Positions 1 through 12,453 of a DNA stretch of 64,000 bases are shown piece after piece; position 1 is the first letter of the stretch, and every line of letters begins with the position of its first letter. Source of the DNA: Ranitomeya imitator (Eukaryota); the NCBI RefSeq assembly GCF_032444005.1, contig NC_091284.1, forward strand, positions 482,794,001 through 482,858,000, given 5' to 3'. Position numbers and translations under genes: made by a program. Under the pieces are notes generated by a model, which saw only the letters and a program-made list of their open reading frames with translations, was not told the DNA's origin and ran no database searches.

Positions 1-1250
1 TGGAAAGGAAACCTGGGGAACACCTTGGAGTGTAACACACCATCTCTCTACACCCCATACCCAATTTGTAGGCCTAATGCAGCGTAGTTTCCAACAACTA
101 CTAAACGAGAGCCGGAAGATCGAAGCATTGGCGAGGAAACCTGGGGAACACCTTGGAGTGGAACACACCATCTCTCTACAGTGGAACCCACCATCTCTCT
201 ACACCCCATACCCAATTTGTAGGCCTAATGCAGCGTAATTTCCAACAACTACTAAACGAGAGCCGGAAGATCGAAGCAATGGAGAGGAAACCTGGGGAAC
301 ACCTTGGAGTGTAACACACCATCTCTCTACACCCCATACCCAATTTGTAGGCCTAATGCAGCGTAGTTTCCAACAACTACTAAACGAGAGCCGGAAGATT
401 GAAGCAATGGAGAGGAAACCTGGGGAACACCTTGGAGTGTAACACACCATCTCTCTACACCCCATACCCAATTTGTAGGCCTAATGCAGCGTAGTTTTCA
501 ACAACTACTAAACGAGAGCCGGAAGATCGAAGCAATGGAGAGGAAACCTGGGGAACACCTTGGAGTGTAACACACCATCTCTCTACACCCCATACCCAAT
601 TTGTAGGCCTAATGCAGCGTAATTTCCAACAACTACTAAACGAGAGCCGGAAGATCGAAGCAATGGAGAGGAAACCTGGGGAACACCTTGGAGTGTAACA
701 CACCATCCCTCTACACCCCATACCCAATTTGTAGGCCTAATGCAGCGTAGTTTCCAACAACTACTAAACGAGAGCATGAAGATCGAAGCAATGGAGAGGA
801 AACCTGGGGAACACCTTGGAGTGTAACACACCATCTCTCTACACCCCATACCCAATTTGTAGGCCTAATGCAGCGTAGTTTCCAACAACTACTAAACGAG
901 AGCCGGAAGATCGAAGCAATGGAGAGGAAACCTGGGGAACACCTTGGAGTGGAACACACCATCTCTCTACACCACATACCCAATTTGTAGGCCTAATGCA
1001 GCGTAGTTTCCAACAACTACTAAACGAGAGCATGATGATCGAAGCATTGGCGAGGAAACCTGGGGAACACCTTGGAGTGGAACACACCATCTCTCTACAG
1101 TGGAACACACCATCTCTCTACACCCCATACCCAATTTGTAGGCCTAATGCAGCGTAGTTTCCAACAACTACTAAACGAGAGCCGGAAGATCGAAGCTCAG
1201 GAAAGGCAACCTGGGGAACACCTTGGAGTGTAACAAACCCTCTCTCTACA
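1..1250. repeat. 128-bp tandem repeat, ~10 copies in the window, running off the left edge
   Basis: GGAAACCTGGGGAACACC recurs at 7, 135, 286, 414, 542, 670, 798, 926, 1054 and 1205. The spacing is 128 bp, or 151 bp where a 23-bp internal duplication is present. Confidence 0.95.
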
Positions 1251-1260
1251 CCACGGAAGG

Positions 1261-1347
1261 GCTGATTCTTAGGAAGGAAGGCTGTCGGAAAGAAGCAGGG
1301 CGCGTCCGAGGGTGATTATATTCTTATTAGGTATATACTCACCCTCG
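1261..1347. repeat. Hairpin segment shared with the centre of the 60290-61272 MITE
   Basis: AAAGAAGCAGGGCGCGTCCGAGGGTGA..23 nt..TCACCCTCGGACGCGCCCTGCTTCTTT; the same sequence occurs at ~60700-60830. Confidence 0.85.
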
Positions 1348-1704
1348 GACGCGCCCTGCTTCTTTATTTGTAATGAATGTTTATTTGCAATGTGGTTTTG
1401 ACTTACTCTATTTTTTTGGTAAATAATGATTTTATTATTTTCATTGCTTTGCATCTTCTTGACAATAATATAAAGAAGACGCGACAGGACAACACTCGGT
1501 GGATGCCATATCTGTGTTTAAAATTGAAAAAACCTTTCAGTTAACTACTTGCAGGAGAAAGTTATTGTAGCTGGTGGCCATTTTTAGTACTGTACCAGAT
1601 TTTTGTTGTATGTGTTTGTTTTTAATGTTAAAATGTCTGCATTTGATATCTCTCCAGTATTTTCTTTTTTATAAGCAACATACTTATTTTTATATTTTCT
1701 GATG

Positions 1705-3697
1705 TTGGTTCCAGGGGTACACGGGCAGCAGTGGTGTGGTCAGTGGAGGCCTAGTGGAAGGAGTGACCGCAGACAGGCATCGAAGGCCTAAAATAATAAC
1801 ACATGGCTGTAGGCAATTTTAAATTGGTTCCAGGGGTACACGGGCAGCAGTGGTGTGGTCAGTGGAGGCCTAGTGGAAGGAGTGACCGCAGACAGGCATC
1901 GAAGGCCTAAAATAATAACACGTGGCTGTAGGCAATTTTAAATTGGTTACAGGGGTACACGGGCAGCAGTGGTGTGGTCAGTGGAGGCCTAGTGGAAGGA
2001 GTGACCGCAGACAGGCATCGAAGGCCTAAAATAATAACACATGGCTGTAGGCAATTTTAAATTGGTTCCAGGGGTACACGGGCAGCAGTGGTGTGGTCAG
2101 TGGAGGCCTAGTGGAAGGAGTGACCGCAGACAGGCATCGAAGGCCTAAAATAATAACACATGGCTGTAGGCAATTTTAAATTGGTTCCAGGGGTACACGG
2201 GCAGCAGTGGTGTGGTCAGTGGAGGCCTAGTGGAAGGAGTGACCGCATACAGGCATCGAAGGCCTAAAATAATAACACATGGCTGTAGGCAATTTTAAAT
2301 TGGTTACAGGGGTACACGGGCAGCAGTGGTGTGGTCAGTGGAGGCCTAGTGGAAGGAGTGACCGCAGACAGGCATCGAAGGCCTAAAATAATAACACATG
2401 GCTGTAGGCAATTTTAAATTGGTTCCAGGGGTACACGGGCAGCAGTGGTGTGGTCAGTGGAGGCCTAGTGGAAGGAGTGACCGCAGACAGGCATCGAAGG
2501 CCTAAAATAATAACACATGGCTGTAGGCAATTTTAAATTGGTTCCAGGGGTACACGGGCAGCAGTGGTGTGGTCAGTGGAGGCCTAGTGGAAGGAGTGAC
2601 CGCAGACAGGCATCGAAGGCCTAAAATAATAACACATGGCTGTAGGCAATTTTAAATTGGTTCCAGGGGTACACGGGCAGCAGTGGTGTGGTCAGTGGAG
2701 GCCTAGTGGAAGGAGTAACCGCAGACAGGCATCGAAGGCCTAAAATAATAACACATGGCTGTAGGCAATTTTAAATTGGTTCCAGGGGTACACGGGCAGC
2801 AGTGGTGTGGTCAGTGGAGGCCTAGTGGAAGGAGTGACCGCAGACAGGCATCGAAGGCCTAAAATAATAACACATGGCTGTAGGCAATTTTAAATTGGTT
2901 ACAGGGGTACACGGGCAGCAGTGGTGTGGTCAGTGGAGGCCTAGTGGAAGGAGTGACCGCAGACAGGCATCGAAGGCCTAAAATAATAACACATGGCTGT
3001 AGGCAATTTTAAATTGGTTCCAGGGGTACACGGGCAGCAGTGGTGTGGTCAGTGGAGGCCTAGTGGAAGGAGTGACCGCAGACAGGCATCGAAGGCCTAA
3101 AATAATAACACATGGCTGTAGGCAATTTTAAATTGGTTCCAGGGGTACACGGGCAGCAGTGGTGTGGTCAGTGGAGGCCTACTGGAAGGAGTCACCGCAG
3201 ACAGGCATCGAAGGCCTAAAATAATAACACATGGCTGTAGGCAATTTTAAATTGGTTACAGGGGTACACGGGCAGCAGTGGTGTGGTCAGTGGAGGCCTA
3301 GTGGAAGGAGTGACCGCAGACAGGCATCGAATGCCTAAAATAATAACACATGGCTGTAGGCAATTTTAAATTGGTTCCAGGGGTACACGGGCAGCAGTGG
3401 TGTGGTCAGTGGAGGCCTAGTGGAAGGAGTGACCGCAGACAGGCATCGAAGGCCTAAAATAATAACACATGGCTGTAGGCAATTTTATATTGGTTCCAGG
3501 GGTACACGGGCAGCAGTGGTGTGGTCAGTGGAGGCCTAGTGGAAGGAGTGACCGCAGACAGGCATCGAAGGCCTAAAATAATAACACATGGCTGTAGGCA
3601 ATTTTAAATTGGTTACAGGGGTACACGGGGAGCAGTGGTGTGGTCAGTGGAGGCCTAGTGGAAGGAGTGACCACAGACAGGCATCGAAGGCCTAACA
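1705..3697. repeat. 119-bp tandem repeat, ~17 near-identical copies, 3' of the transposase
   Basis: TTGGTT(C/A)CAGGGGTACACGGG occurs at 1705, 1824, 1943 ... 3609 (16 intervals of 119 bp). Confidence 0.97.
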
Positions 3698-4165
3698 TAA
3701 CAAAAATGTCAATACAATGGTATTGTCAGTGGCAGGCATTGAAGGATGTCAGCGCATAGACTAAACATTGGTGGAGCTGTGAGATAATTTTGCAAGTGGT
3801 AGAGCACTGTTTGAGCTGGGGTGGGGGGAAACTGTCTTGTGGCCGGCGGTACAGGCCCAGGGCCCCTCATATTACAACGGTGTGTCTGACGTTGGGTGCG
3901 CACCACCACCGCCAGAGACACTTTATTGTACTAGGAGGGACCCAGTGGCAGTGCCGTCGACCAAAAGCGGGCTCACCCACCTCTTCAGACAAACTGCACT
4001 CTCACGGGTGCTGTCGCCAAGTGTCGATACCACGGCCCCGTGTGGGGACTTTGGCCATTTAGTGAGGTGTAAACATGTCGTATGCTGGACAATCAGGTGC
4101 AGAAAATTACGAGATTGGAAAAGGCATTCAGAATAGTCCACAGGCAAGACCTTTTCATAGGAAAG

Positions 4166-7100
4166 CTAGGTGTCAGCCGGGCAAGGTGGGGCAAAAGATT
4201 TCGAAATCCAGTTGTGGTTCATTTTAATGAAGGTTAGATCATCTACATTTTGGGTAGCCAGACGAGTCCTTTTTTCTGTTAGTATTGAACCTGCAGCACT
4301 GAATACTCTTTCTGATAGGACACTAGCTGCCGGGCAAGCAAGCTCCTGCAATGCATATTCTGCCAATTCTGGCCAGGTGTCTAATTTTGATGCCCAGTAA
4401 TCAAATGGGAATGACGGTTGAGGGAGAACATCGATAAGGGATGAAAAATAGTTTGTAACCATACTGGACAAATGTTGTCTCCTGTCACTTTGAATTGATG
4501 CTGCAGTACCTGTCCTGTCTGCGGTCATAGCAAAATCACTCCACAACCTGGTCAGAAAACCCCTCTGGCCAACGCCACTTCTGATTTCTGCCCCTCTAAC
4601 TCCTCTGGTCTGCTGGCCCCTGCAGCTCGTGTGAGAACGATCACGGGCGCTGTGTGCAGGGAATGCCAGAAGCAAACGGTCAACAAGAGTTGATTGTTTG
4701 GTTGCTAATATTAGTTCCAAGTTCTCATGTGGCATTATATTTTGCAATTTGCCTTTATAGCGAGGATCAAGGAGGCAGGCCAACCAGTAATCGTCATCAT
4801 TCATCATTTTAGTTATGCGTGTGTCCCTTTTGAGGATACGTAAGGCATAATCCGCCATGTGGGCCAAAGTTTCAGTTCTCAAATCTGCGGTTGTGCTTGG
4901 TTGAGGGGCAGTTTCAGGCAAATCCACGTCACTTGTGTCCCTCAAAAAACCAGAACCCGGCCTTGCCGCGCCACCAATTTCCAGTGGCCCCGGAAAAGCT
5001 TCCTCATTAAAAATATAATCATCCCCATCATCCTCCTCGTCCTCCTCCTCCTCTTCGCCCGCTACCTCGTCCTGTACACTGCCCTGGCCAGACAATGGCT
5101 GACTGTCATCAAGGCTTTCCTCTTCCTCAGCTGCAGACGCCTGATCTTTATGTGCGTCAAACTTTGCATCAGCAGACGCATTAGGGGGATGCTCATGCTT
5201 ATTATGGCGTTGTCTGCACTAACCAGCCGTGTGCATTCCTCAAAACACTGAAGGACTTGACACATGTCTTGAATCTTCGACCACTGCACACCTGACAACT
5301 CCATGTCTGCCATCCTACTGCCTGCCCGTGTATGTGTATCCTCCCACAAAAACATAACAGCCCGCCTCTGTTCACACAGTCTCTGAAGCATGTGCAGTGT
5401 TGAGTTCCACCTTGTTGCAACGTCTATGATTAGGCGATGCTGGGGAAGGTTCAAAGAACGCTGATAGGTCTGCATACGGCTGGAGTGTACGGGCGAACGG
5501 CAGATATGTGAGCAAAGTCCACGCACTTTGAGGAGCAGGTCGGATAACCCCGGATAACTTTTCAGGAAGCACTGCACCACCAGGTTTAAGGTGTGAGCCA
5601 GGCAAGGAATGTGTTTCAGTTGGGAAAGGGAGATGGCAGCCATGAAATTCCTTCCGTTATCACTCACTACCTTGCCTGCCTCAAGATCTACAGTGCCCAG
5701 CCACAACTGCGTTTCTTTCTGCAAGAACTCGGACAGAACTTCCGCGGTGTGTCCGTTGTCGCCCAAACACTTCATAGCCAATACAGCCTGCTGACGTTTG
5801 CCAGTAGCTGCCCCATAATGGGAGACCTGGTGTGCAACAGTGGCAGCTGCGGATGGAGTGGTTGTGCGACTGCGGTCTGTGGACGAGCTCTCGCTTCTGC
5901 AGGAGGACGAAGAGGAGGAGGAGGGGGTGCGAACGGCTACAGCCAATTGTTTCCTAGACCGTGGGCTAGGCAGAACTGTCCCAAACTTGCTGTCCCCTGT
6001 GGACCCTGCATCCACCACATTTACCCAGTGTGCCGTGATGGACACGTAACGTCCCTGGCCATGCCTACTGGTCCATGCATCTGTTGTCAGGTGCACCTTT
6101 GTGCTCACAGATTGCCTGAGTGCATGGACGATGCACTCTTTAACATGCTGGTGGAGGGCTGGGATGGCTTTTCTGGAAAAAAAGTGTCGACTGGGTAGCT
6201 CGTAGCGTGGTACAGCGTAGTCCATCAGGGCTTTGAAAGCTTCGCTTTCAACTAACCGGTAGGGCATCATCTCTAACGAGATTAGTCTAGCTATGTGTGC
6301 GTTCAAACCCTGTGTACGCGGATGCGAGGCTAAGTACTTCCTTTTTCTAACCATAGTCTCATGTAGGGTGAGCTGGACTGGAGAGCTGGAGATCGTGGAA
6401 CTAGCTGGGGTGTCGGTGGACATGGCAGACTGAGAGACGGTGGGAGATGGTATTGTTGCCACCGGTGCCCTAGATGCAGTGTTTCCTACTACGAAACTGG
6501 TGATTCCCTGACCCTGACTGCTTTGGCCTGGCAAAGAAACCTGCACAGATACTGCAGGTGGTGCGGAAAATGGTGGCCCTACATTGCCGGAAGGGATGTT
6601 GCGTTGCTGACTAGCTTCATTGGCCGAGGGTGCTACAACCTTAAGGGACGTTTGGTAGTTAGTCCAGGCTTGCAAATGCATGGTGGTTAAATGTCTATGC
6701 ATGCAACTTGTATTGAGACTTTTCAGATTCTGTCCTCTGCTTAAGGTAGTTGAACATTTTTGACAGATGACTTTGCGCTGATCAATTGGATGTTGTTTAA
6801 AAAAATGCCAGACTGCACTCTTTCTAGCATTGGATACCTTTTCAGGCATTGCAGACTGAGCTTTAACCGGATGGCCACGCTGTCCTCCAACAGGTTTTGG
6901 CTTTGCCACGCGTTTTTGGCAATATACGGGCCCGGCAGATGGAACCTGTTGCGATGTTGATGCCTGCTGCGGCCCCCCCTCCTCCGCTTCAGAACTGCTG
7001 CCGCCTGCACCCTGTTCCCCCAATGGCTGCCAATCGGGGTCAAGAACTGGGTCATCTATTACCTCTTCTTGTAGCTCGTGTGCAACTTCGTCTGTGTCAC

Positions 7101-7733
7101 CGTGTCGGTCCGTGGTATAGCGTTCGTGATGGGGCAACATAGTCTCATCAGGGTCTGATTCTTGATCAGCACCCTGCGAGGGCAATGTTGTGGTCTGAGT
7201 CAAAGGACCAGCATAGTAGTCTGGCTGTGGCTGTGCATCAGTGCACTCCATGTCAGATTCAACTTGTAATGGGCATGGACTGTTAACTGCTTCACTTTCT
7301 AAGCCAGGGACGGTATGTGTAAAGAGCTCCATGGAGTAACCCGTTGTGTCGCCTGCTGCATTCTTCTCTGTTGTTGTTTTTGCTGAAGAGGACAAGGAAG
7401 CGACTTGTCCCTGACCGTGAACATCCACTAACGACGCGCTGCTTTGACATTTACCAGTTTCACGAGACGAGGCAAAAGAGCTAGAGGCTGAGTCAGCAAG
7501 ATAAGCCAAAATTTGCTCTTGCTGCTTCGGCTTTAAAAGCGGTTTTCCTACTCCCAGAAAAGGGAGCGTTCGAGGCCTTGTGTAGCCAGACGACGAACCT
7601 GGCTCCACAGCTCCAGACTTAGGTGCAATTTTTTTTTCCCACGACCAGCTGATGCTCCACCACTACCACTACCCTCATTACCAGCTGACAATGAACGCCC
7701 CCGGCCACGACCTCTTCCACCATACTTCCTCAT
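4166..7733 (-). pseudogene. hAT (Ac-like) transposase, ~1190 aa if two single-base frameshifts are corrected
   Basis: The N-terminus MRKYGGRGRGRG (7733) joins ORF 5062-7608 across an A9 run (7629-7637), which joins ORF 4166-5095 at HIK/DQASAA (~5147). Motifs: zf-BED (AVWHFF..C-x2-C..HLTTMH), LTTDAWTS, VVSDNGRN, CLAH, TRWNST, and C-terminal dimerisation domain CPAASVLSERVFSAAG. Confidence 0.93.
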
Positions 7734-7904
7734 TGTTTTAAAAATGTAAACAAACTAACGGTATTTGTTGCTGTCACACAAATTACACGGTGAGCTATAA
7801 CTTCAGTATGATTTAGCTACCCCTTTACAGGTGAGTGAGACCACAACGAAAATCAGGCACAATGTTACACACTCTGTTGTTGGTGGCAACAAATGAGAGA
7901 GATG

Positions 7905-10195
7905 CCACACACGCAGGACTGTCACTGAAGCACAAATGTAAATATTAATCTCCCACTGATTTGATTTTTTTTTTTTTAAGGGAGACTTTAGGAAAAAAAA
8001 TAATAGAATAAAATGATTTTTTCAGGAAGAATTTATAAACCAAATAAAATAAAATGATTTTTTCAGGGAGAATTTAGAAAACAAATAAAACAAAAAAAGG
8101 CTTTCTATGGCCCACTGAGTGAGAGATGACGCACACAGGAGTCAGGAGTGGCACACAAGCCTAGAGGCCAATATTTATCTCCCACTGATTGATGTAGTGA
8201 TTTTTTCAGGTAGATTTTGGAACCCAAATCAAGCTAAAAAAAATAATAGGCTTTCTATGGCCCACAATTGGAGAGAGAGAGAGAGATGGCACACCCAGGA
8301 GTCAAGACTGGCACACAAGCAGAAAGGGCAATATTAATCTCCCACTGATTTGTTTTTTGTTTTTGTTTTTTCAGGGAGACTTTAGGAAAAAAAAAATAGA
8401 ATAAAATGATTTTTTCAGGAAGAATTTAGAAACCAAATAAAATAAAATGATTTTTTCAGGGAGAATTTAGAAAACAAATAAAACAAAAAAAGGCTTTCTA
8501 TGGCCCACTGAGTGAGAGATGACGCACACAGGAGTCAGGAGTGGCACACAAGCCCAGAGGCCAATATTTATCTCCCACTGATTGATGTAGTGATTTTTTC
8601 AGGTAGATTTTGGAACCCAAATCAAGCTAAGAAAAATAATAGGCTTTCTATGGCCCACAATTGGAGAGAGAGAGAGAGATGGCACACCCAGGAGTCAAGA
8701 CTGGCACACAAGCAGAAAGGGCAATATTAATCTCCCACTGATTTGTTTTTTTTGTTTTTTTTTTCAGGGAGATTTTAGGAAAAAAAAAATAGAATAAAAT
8801 GATTTTTTCAGGAAGAATTTAGAAACCAAATAAAATAAAATGATTTTTTCAGGGAGAATTTAGAAAACAAATAAAACAAAAAAAGGCTTTCTATGGCCCA
8901 CTGAGTGAGAGATGACGCACACAGGAGTCAGGAGTGGCACACAAGCCCAGAGGCCAATATTTATCTCCCACTGATTGATGTAGTGATTTTTTCAGGTAGA
9001 TTTTGGAACCCAAATCAAGCTAAAAAAATAATAGGCTTTCTATGGCCCACAATTGGAGAGAGAGAGAGAGATGGCACACAAGCAGAAAGGGCAATATTAA
9101 TCTCCCACTGATTTTTTTTTTTTTTTCAGGGAGACTTTAGGAAAAAAAAAAATAGAATAAAATGATTTTTTCAGGAAGAATTTAGAAACCAAAGAAAATA
9201 AAATGATTTTTTCAGGGAGAATTTAGAAAACAAATAAAACAAAAAAAGGCTTTCTATGGCCCACTGAGTGAGAGATGACGCACACAGGAGTCAGGAGTGG
9301 CACACAAGCCCAGAGGCCAATATTTATCTCCCACTTTTTTTTTTTGTTCCAGGGAAAATTTATAAACCCAATAAAAAAAATAATAAATAGGCTTTCTATG
9401 GCCCACTATCTGAGAGACAGAGAGAGATGGCACGCTTAGGACTGGCACACAAGCCCAAAGGCCAATATTAATCTCCCTTTTTTTTTTTAAGGGAGAATTT
9501 ATAAAACAAAAAAAAAATAAATAAATAGGCTTTCTATGGCCCACTATTTGTGAGAGAGATGGCACGCTCAGGACTGGCACACAAGCCCAGAGGCCAATAT
9601 TAATTTCCCACTTTTTTTTTTTTCCAGGGAAAATTTATAAACCCAATAAAAAAAAAATAAAATAAATAGGCTTTCTATGGCCCACTATCTGAGAGAGAGA
9701 GATGGCACGCTTAGGACTGGCACACAAGCCCAAAGGCCAATATTAATCTCCCACTGATTGATTTATTGATTTTTTCAGGTAGAATTTAGAACCCAAATAA
9801 AGCAAAAAAAAAAAAAAAGGGCTTTCTATGGCCCACTGAGTGAGTGATGATGCACACAGGAGTCAGGAGTGGCACACAAGCCCTGAGGCCAATATTTTTC
9901 TCCCACTGATTGATGTAGTGATTTTTTCAGGTAGATTTTAGAACCAAAATCAAGCAAAAAAATAAATAGGCTTTCTGTGGCCCACTGAGTGAGTGATGAT
10001 GCACACAGGAGTCAAGAGTGGCACACAAGCCCTGAGGCCAATATTTTTCTCCCACTGATTGATGTAGTGATTTTTTCAGGTAGATTTTATAACCCAAATC
10101 AAGCAAAAAAAATAAATAGGCTTTCTATGGCCCACTGAGTGCGAGATGACACAGACAGGGATGGCACTCTAGCAGAAATGTCAATCTTAATCTCC
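7905..10195. repeat. Composite tandem repeat: ~115-135-bp monomers, partly organised as a 393-bp trimer
   Basis: Near-identical blocks at 8119, 8512 and 8905 (period 393). The monomer core GGCACACAAGC..GCCAATATT.ATCTCCCAC and GGCTTTCTATGGCCCAC recurs to ~10190. Confidence 0.93.
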
Positions 10196-10654
10196 CACAA
10201 AAAAAACAAAAAAACAGGGAGTGTCCTTCAATTACTATCTCCCTGCAGTAATCTCAGCCAGGTATGGCAGGCAGCAATAAGGAGTGGACTGATGCACAAA
10301 TTAAATAAAAAGTGTGTACAAACCAAAAAGATAGCTGTGCAGAAAGGAAGGAACAAGAGGATTTGTGCTTTGAAAAAAGCAGTTGGTTTGCACAGCGGCG
10401 TACACACAGCAATGCAGCTATCAGGGAGCCTTCTAGGGCAGCCCAATGAGCTACAGCGCTGAGGGGGAAAAAAAAAAAATGTAGCTTCCACTGTCCCTGC
10501 ACACCGAAGGTGGTGTTGGGCAGTGGAAATCGCTACAGCACAAGCGGTTTGGTGGTTAATGGACCCTGCCTAACGCTATCCCTGCTTCTGACGAAGCGGC
10601 AGCAACCTCTCCCTAAGCTCAGATCAGCAGCAGTAACATGGCGGTCGGCGGGAA

Positions 10655-10785
10655 CGCCCCTTTATAGCCCCTGTGACGCCTCAGACAGCAAGCCAATCAC
10701 TGCAATGCCCTTCTCTAAGATGGTGGGGACCAGGACCTATGTCATCACGCTGCCCACACTCTGCGTTTACCTTCATTGGCTGAGA
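10655..10785 (-). promoter_or_regulatory. Possible Pol II promoter of the hAT element (TATA and CCAAT boxes)
   Basis: Minus-strand GGGGCTATAAAGGGGCG at ~10660-10670, with CCAAT boxes at ~10693 (+) and ~10776 (-), oriented toward the transposase. Motif-level evidence only. Confidence 0.35.
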
Positions 10786-10938
10786 AATGGCGCTTTTCGC
10801 GTCATTGAAACGTGACTTTGGCGCGAAAGTCGCGTACCGCATGGCCGACCCCGCACAGGGGTCGGATCGGGTTTCATGAAACCCGACTTTGCCAAAAGTC
10901 GGCGACTTTTGAAAATGAACGACCCGTTTCGCTCAACC

Positions 10939-12453
10939 CTAGTTATCAATAAATGTAAGAAAATATCTTTTCTTTCCAGGGGTCTGAGTACGCATTGGAC
11001 CACAGATATCCGTGTGTACTAAATCTAGTGGTTGTTCTGTTCTTGTAGTACTTTTCTTAGGAAAGGCCTTTCTGGACATTTTCCCTTTGATACAGCTGGA
11101 ACACCTCATTGTCTGATTACATGAATCAATTGTAATATTATCAGCTAATTGTTCTTGAAATAACTTTCTTATTGCTTCTGGGTCTCTATGCGCAAGCCGC
11201 CTGTGCCATACATGAATACAGTTCTTGTGCAGTTCTTGCTTAGCTGTGCATACACACTCTTTACATTTCAACTGATACAGTTCATCTCTGATTTTTCCTT
11301 TTGCTAATATGTGACCCTCCTTTGAGATGATGCAGCTATCTTCCTTAAATGTAACTTCATTACCTTGTTTTGTGAGCTTTTTCACAGATAATAGATTACT
11401 TTCAAGACTAGGCACATATAGTACATCCTTTACATGGATCCTTCTACTTTGTGTTGCAGAGATGTTACAATCAATATAACCGTCTCCTATGCCTTCTGAG
11501 TTCATGCACTGACCGTTTGCCATTATCACTTTCTCTGACTTATTTTGGTTAAGCTTAGTAAAGAAGTCTCTGTCATTGGTCATGTGACTGGTTGCACCAG
11601 AATCTATACACCACGCATGCTTTGATTTAAATGCATTGACTGATGTGAATGCAGCTTCAGTATTTGCTGAATCATTGTTTCCAGATACAGCACTCTTAAC
11701 TCTCTGTTGGCTGTTTTGCTTTTTCAACTGACTCATTTTAGCTTTCCAGACTCTGCATTCAGCTTTTAAATGACCTGGCTTCTTGCATACAAAACATTCA
11801 CATGTCTCTTTAGGGTGGTTTCTGCTGGTGGGCACATCATGTGTTTGTAAAGCAGTTTCCTTGTTACATATCTTGCTGCTCACATTTTTTGCCTTTCTCT
11901 TATATTCATCTACAAGCTTTCCTCTGACATATTCCAATGTCAGCTCATCATCTGGGCGTGCATCTAGTGCAGTTACCAGAGTGTCATAGCTTTCTGGGAG
12001 ACCACTAAGTAATAGTGCTGCTACATGGAAGTCCTTCATATCTTCCCCAATGCCCCGCAGGCGCTCTACGGTCTCCAGAATATTTCTAATGTAGTCCTGC
12101 ATGTCCTGGTCATTGTGTAGCTTAGACTGATACAGCTTTCTCATTAGATAGAGTTTATTACTTAAATTTATTCTCTCATGTACTTTCTGCAACTGCTCCC
12201 ACATTTCCTTTGCAGATTCACACTTACACACATGCACAATCTGATCATCCTCTATACTGAGTGATATGGTGCTCTGTGCTTTCTGATCCATTTCTAGCCA
12301 TTCTTGTGGTACTGGGTCAGGCTTAGGGTCCTGAGTGTATTTCCACGTACCTTCTCTTATCAGCAGCATCTTCAACTTGAATTTCCAGGATTGGTAGTTC
12401 TGGTTATTCAGGCTTGGCACTGTAAACTTTGTGGAGTTGCTACTGGCGGCCAT
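10939..12453 (-). CDS. Copia gag-pol polyprotein, N-terminal 504 aa (truncated)
   Basis: Copia-type Gag, CCHC knuckle CFVCKKPGHLKAEC, protease WCIDSGATSHM, pre-integrase HVWHRRLAH..CSSC, integrase start LVHTDICGPM..FIDN. The stop codon is supplied by the hAT terminus. Confidence 0.95.
   Translation of the reverse strand: MAASSNSTKFTVPSLNNQNYQSWKFKLKMLLIREGTWKYTQDPKPDPVPQEWLEMDQKAQSTISLSIEDDQIVHVCKCESAKEMWEQLQKVHERINLSNKLYLMRKLYQSKLHNDQDMQDYIRNILETVERLRGIGEDMKDFHVAALLLSGLPESYDTLVTALDARPDDELTLEYVRGKLVDEYKRKAKNVSSKICNKETALQTHDVPTSRNHPKETCECFVCKKPGHLKAECRVWKAKMSQLKKQNSQQRVKSAVSGNNDSANTEAAFTSVNAFKSKHAWCIDSGATSHMTNDRDFFTKLNQNKSEKVIMANGQCMNSEGIGDGYIDCNISATQSRRIHVKDVLYVPSLESNLLSVKKLTKQGNEVTFKEDSCIISKEGHILAKGKIRDELYQLKCKECVCTAKQELHKNCIHVWHRRLAHRDPEAIRKLFQEQLADNITIDSCNQTMRCSSCIKGKMSRKAFPKKSTTRTEQPLDLVHTDICGPMRTQTPGKKRYFLTFIDN

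Larger units (their letters stand above)
1..10941 (-). mobile_element. Large hAT-superfamily DNA transposon; its other end lies outside the window (<1)
   Basis: The terminus ...GACCCGTTTCGCTCAACCCTA ends at 10941 and reads TAGGGTTGAGCG on the minus strand. Its first ~100 bp match the left end of the TSD-flanked MITE at 60290. It contains a hAT transposase and interrupts the copia ORF exactly at 10941. Confidence 0.9.

Noticed and set aside
199-1108. Repeated 90-aa ORFs (MGMGCREMVC...) and the 72-aa ORFs at 8119-9111
   Set aside because: They are by-products of tandem-repeat periodicity with no recognisable domain.
1-3697. CRISPR-like appearance of the regular arrays
   Set aside because: The units are repeated end to end with no unique spacers, no cas genes are present, and the context is eukaryotic.
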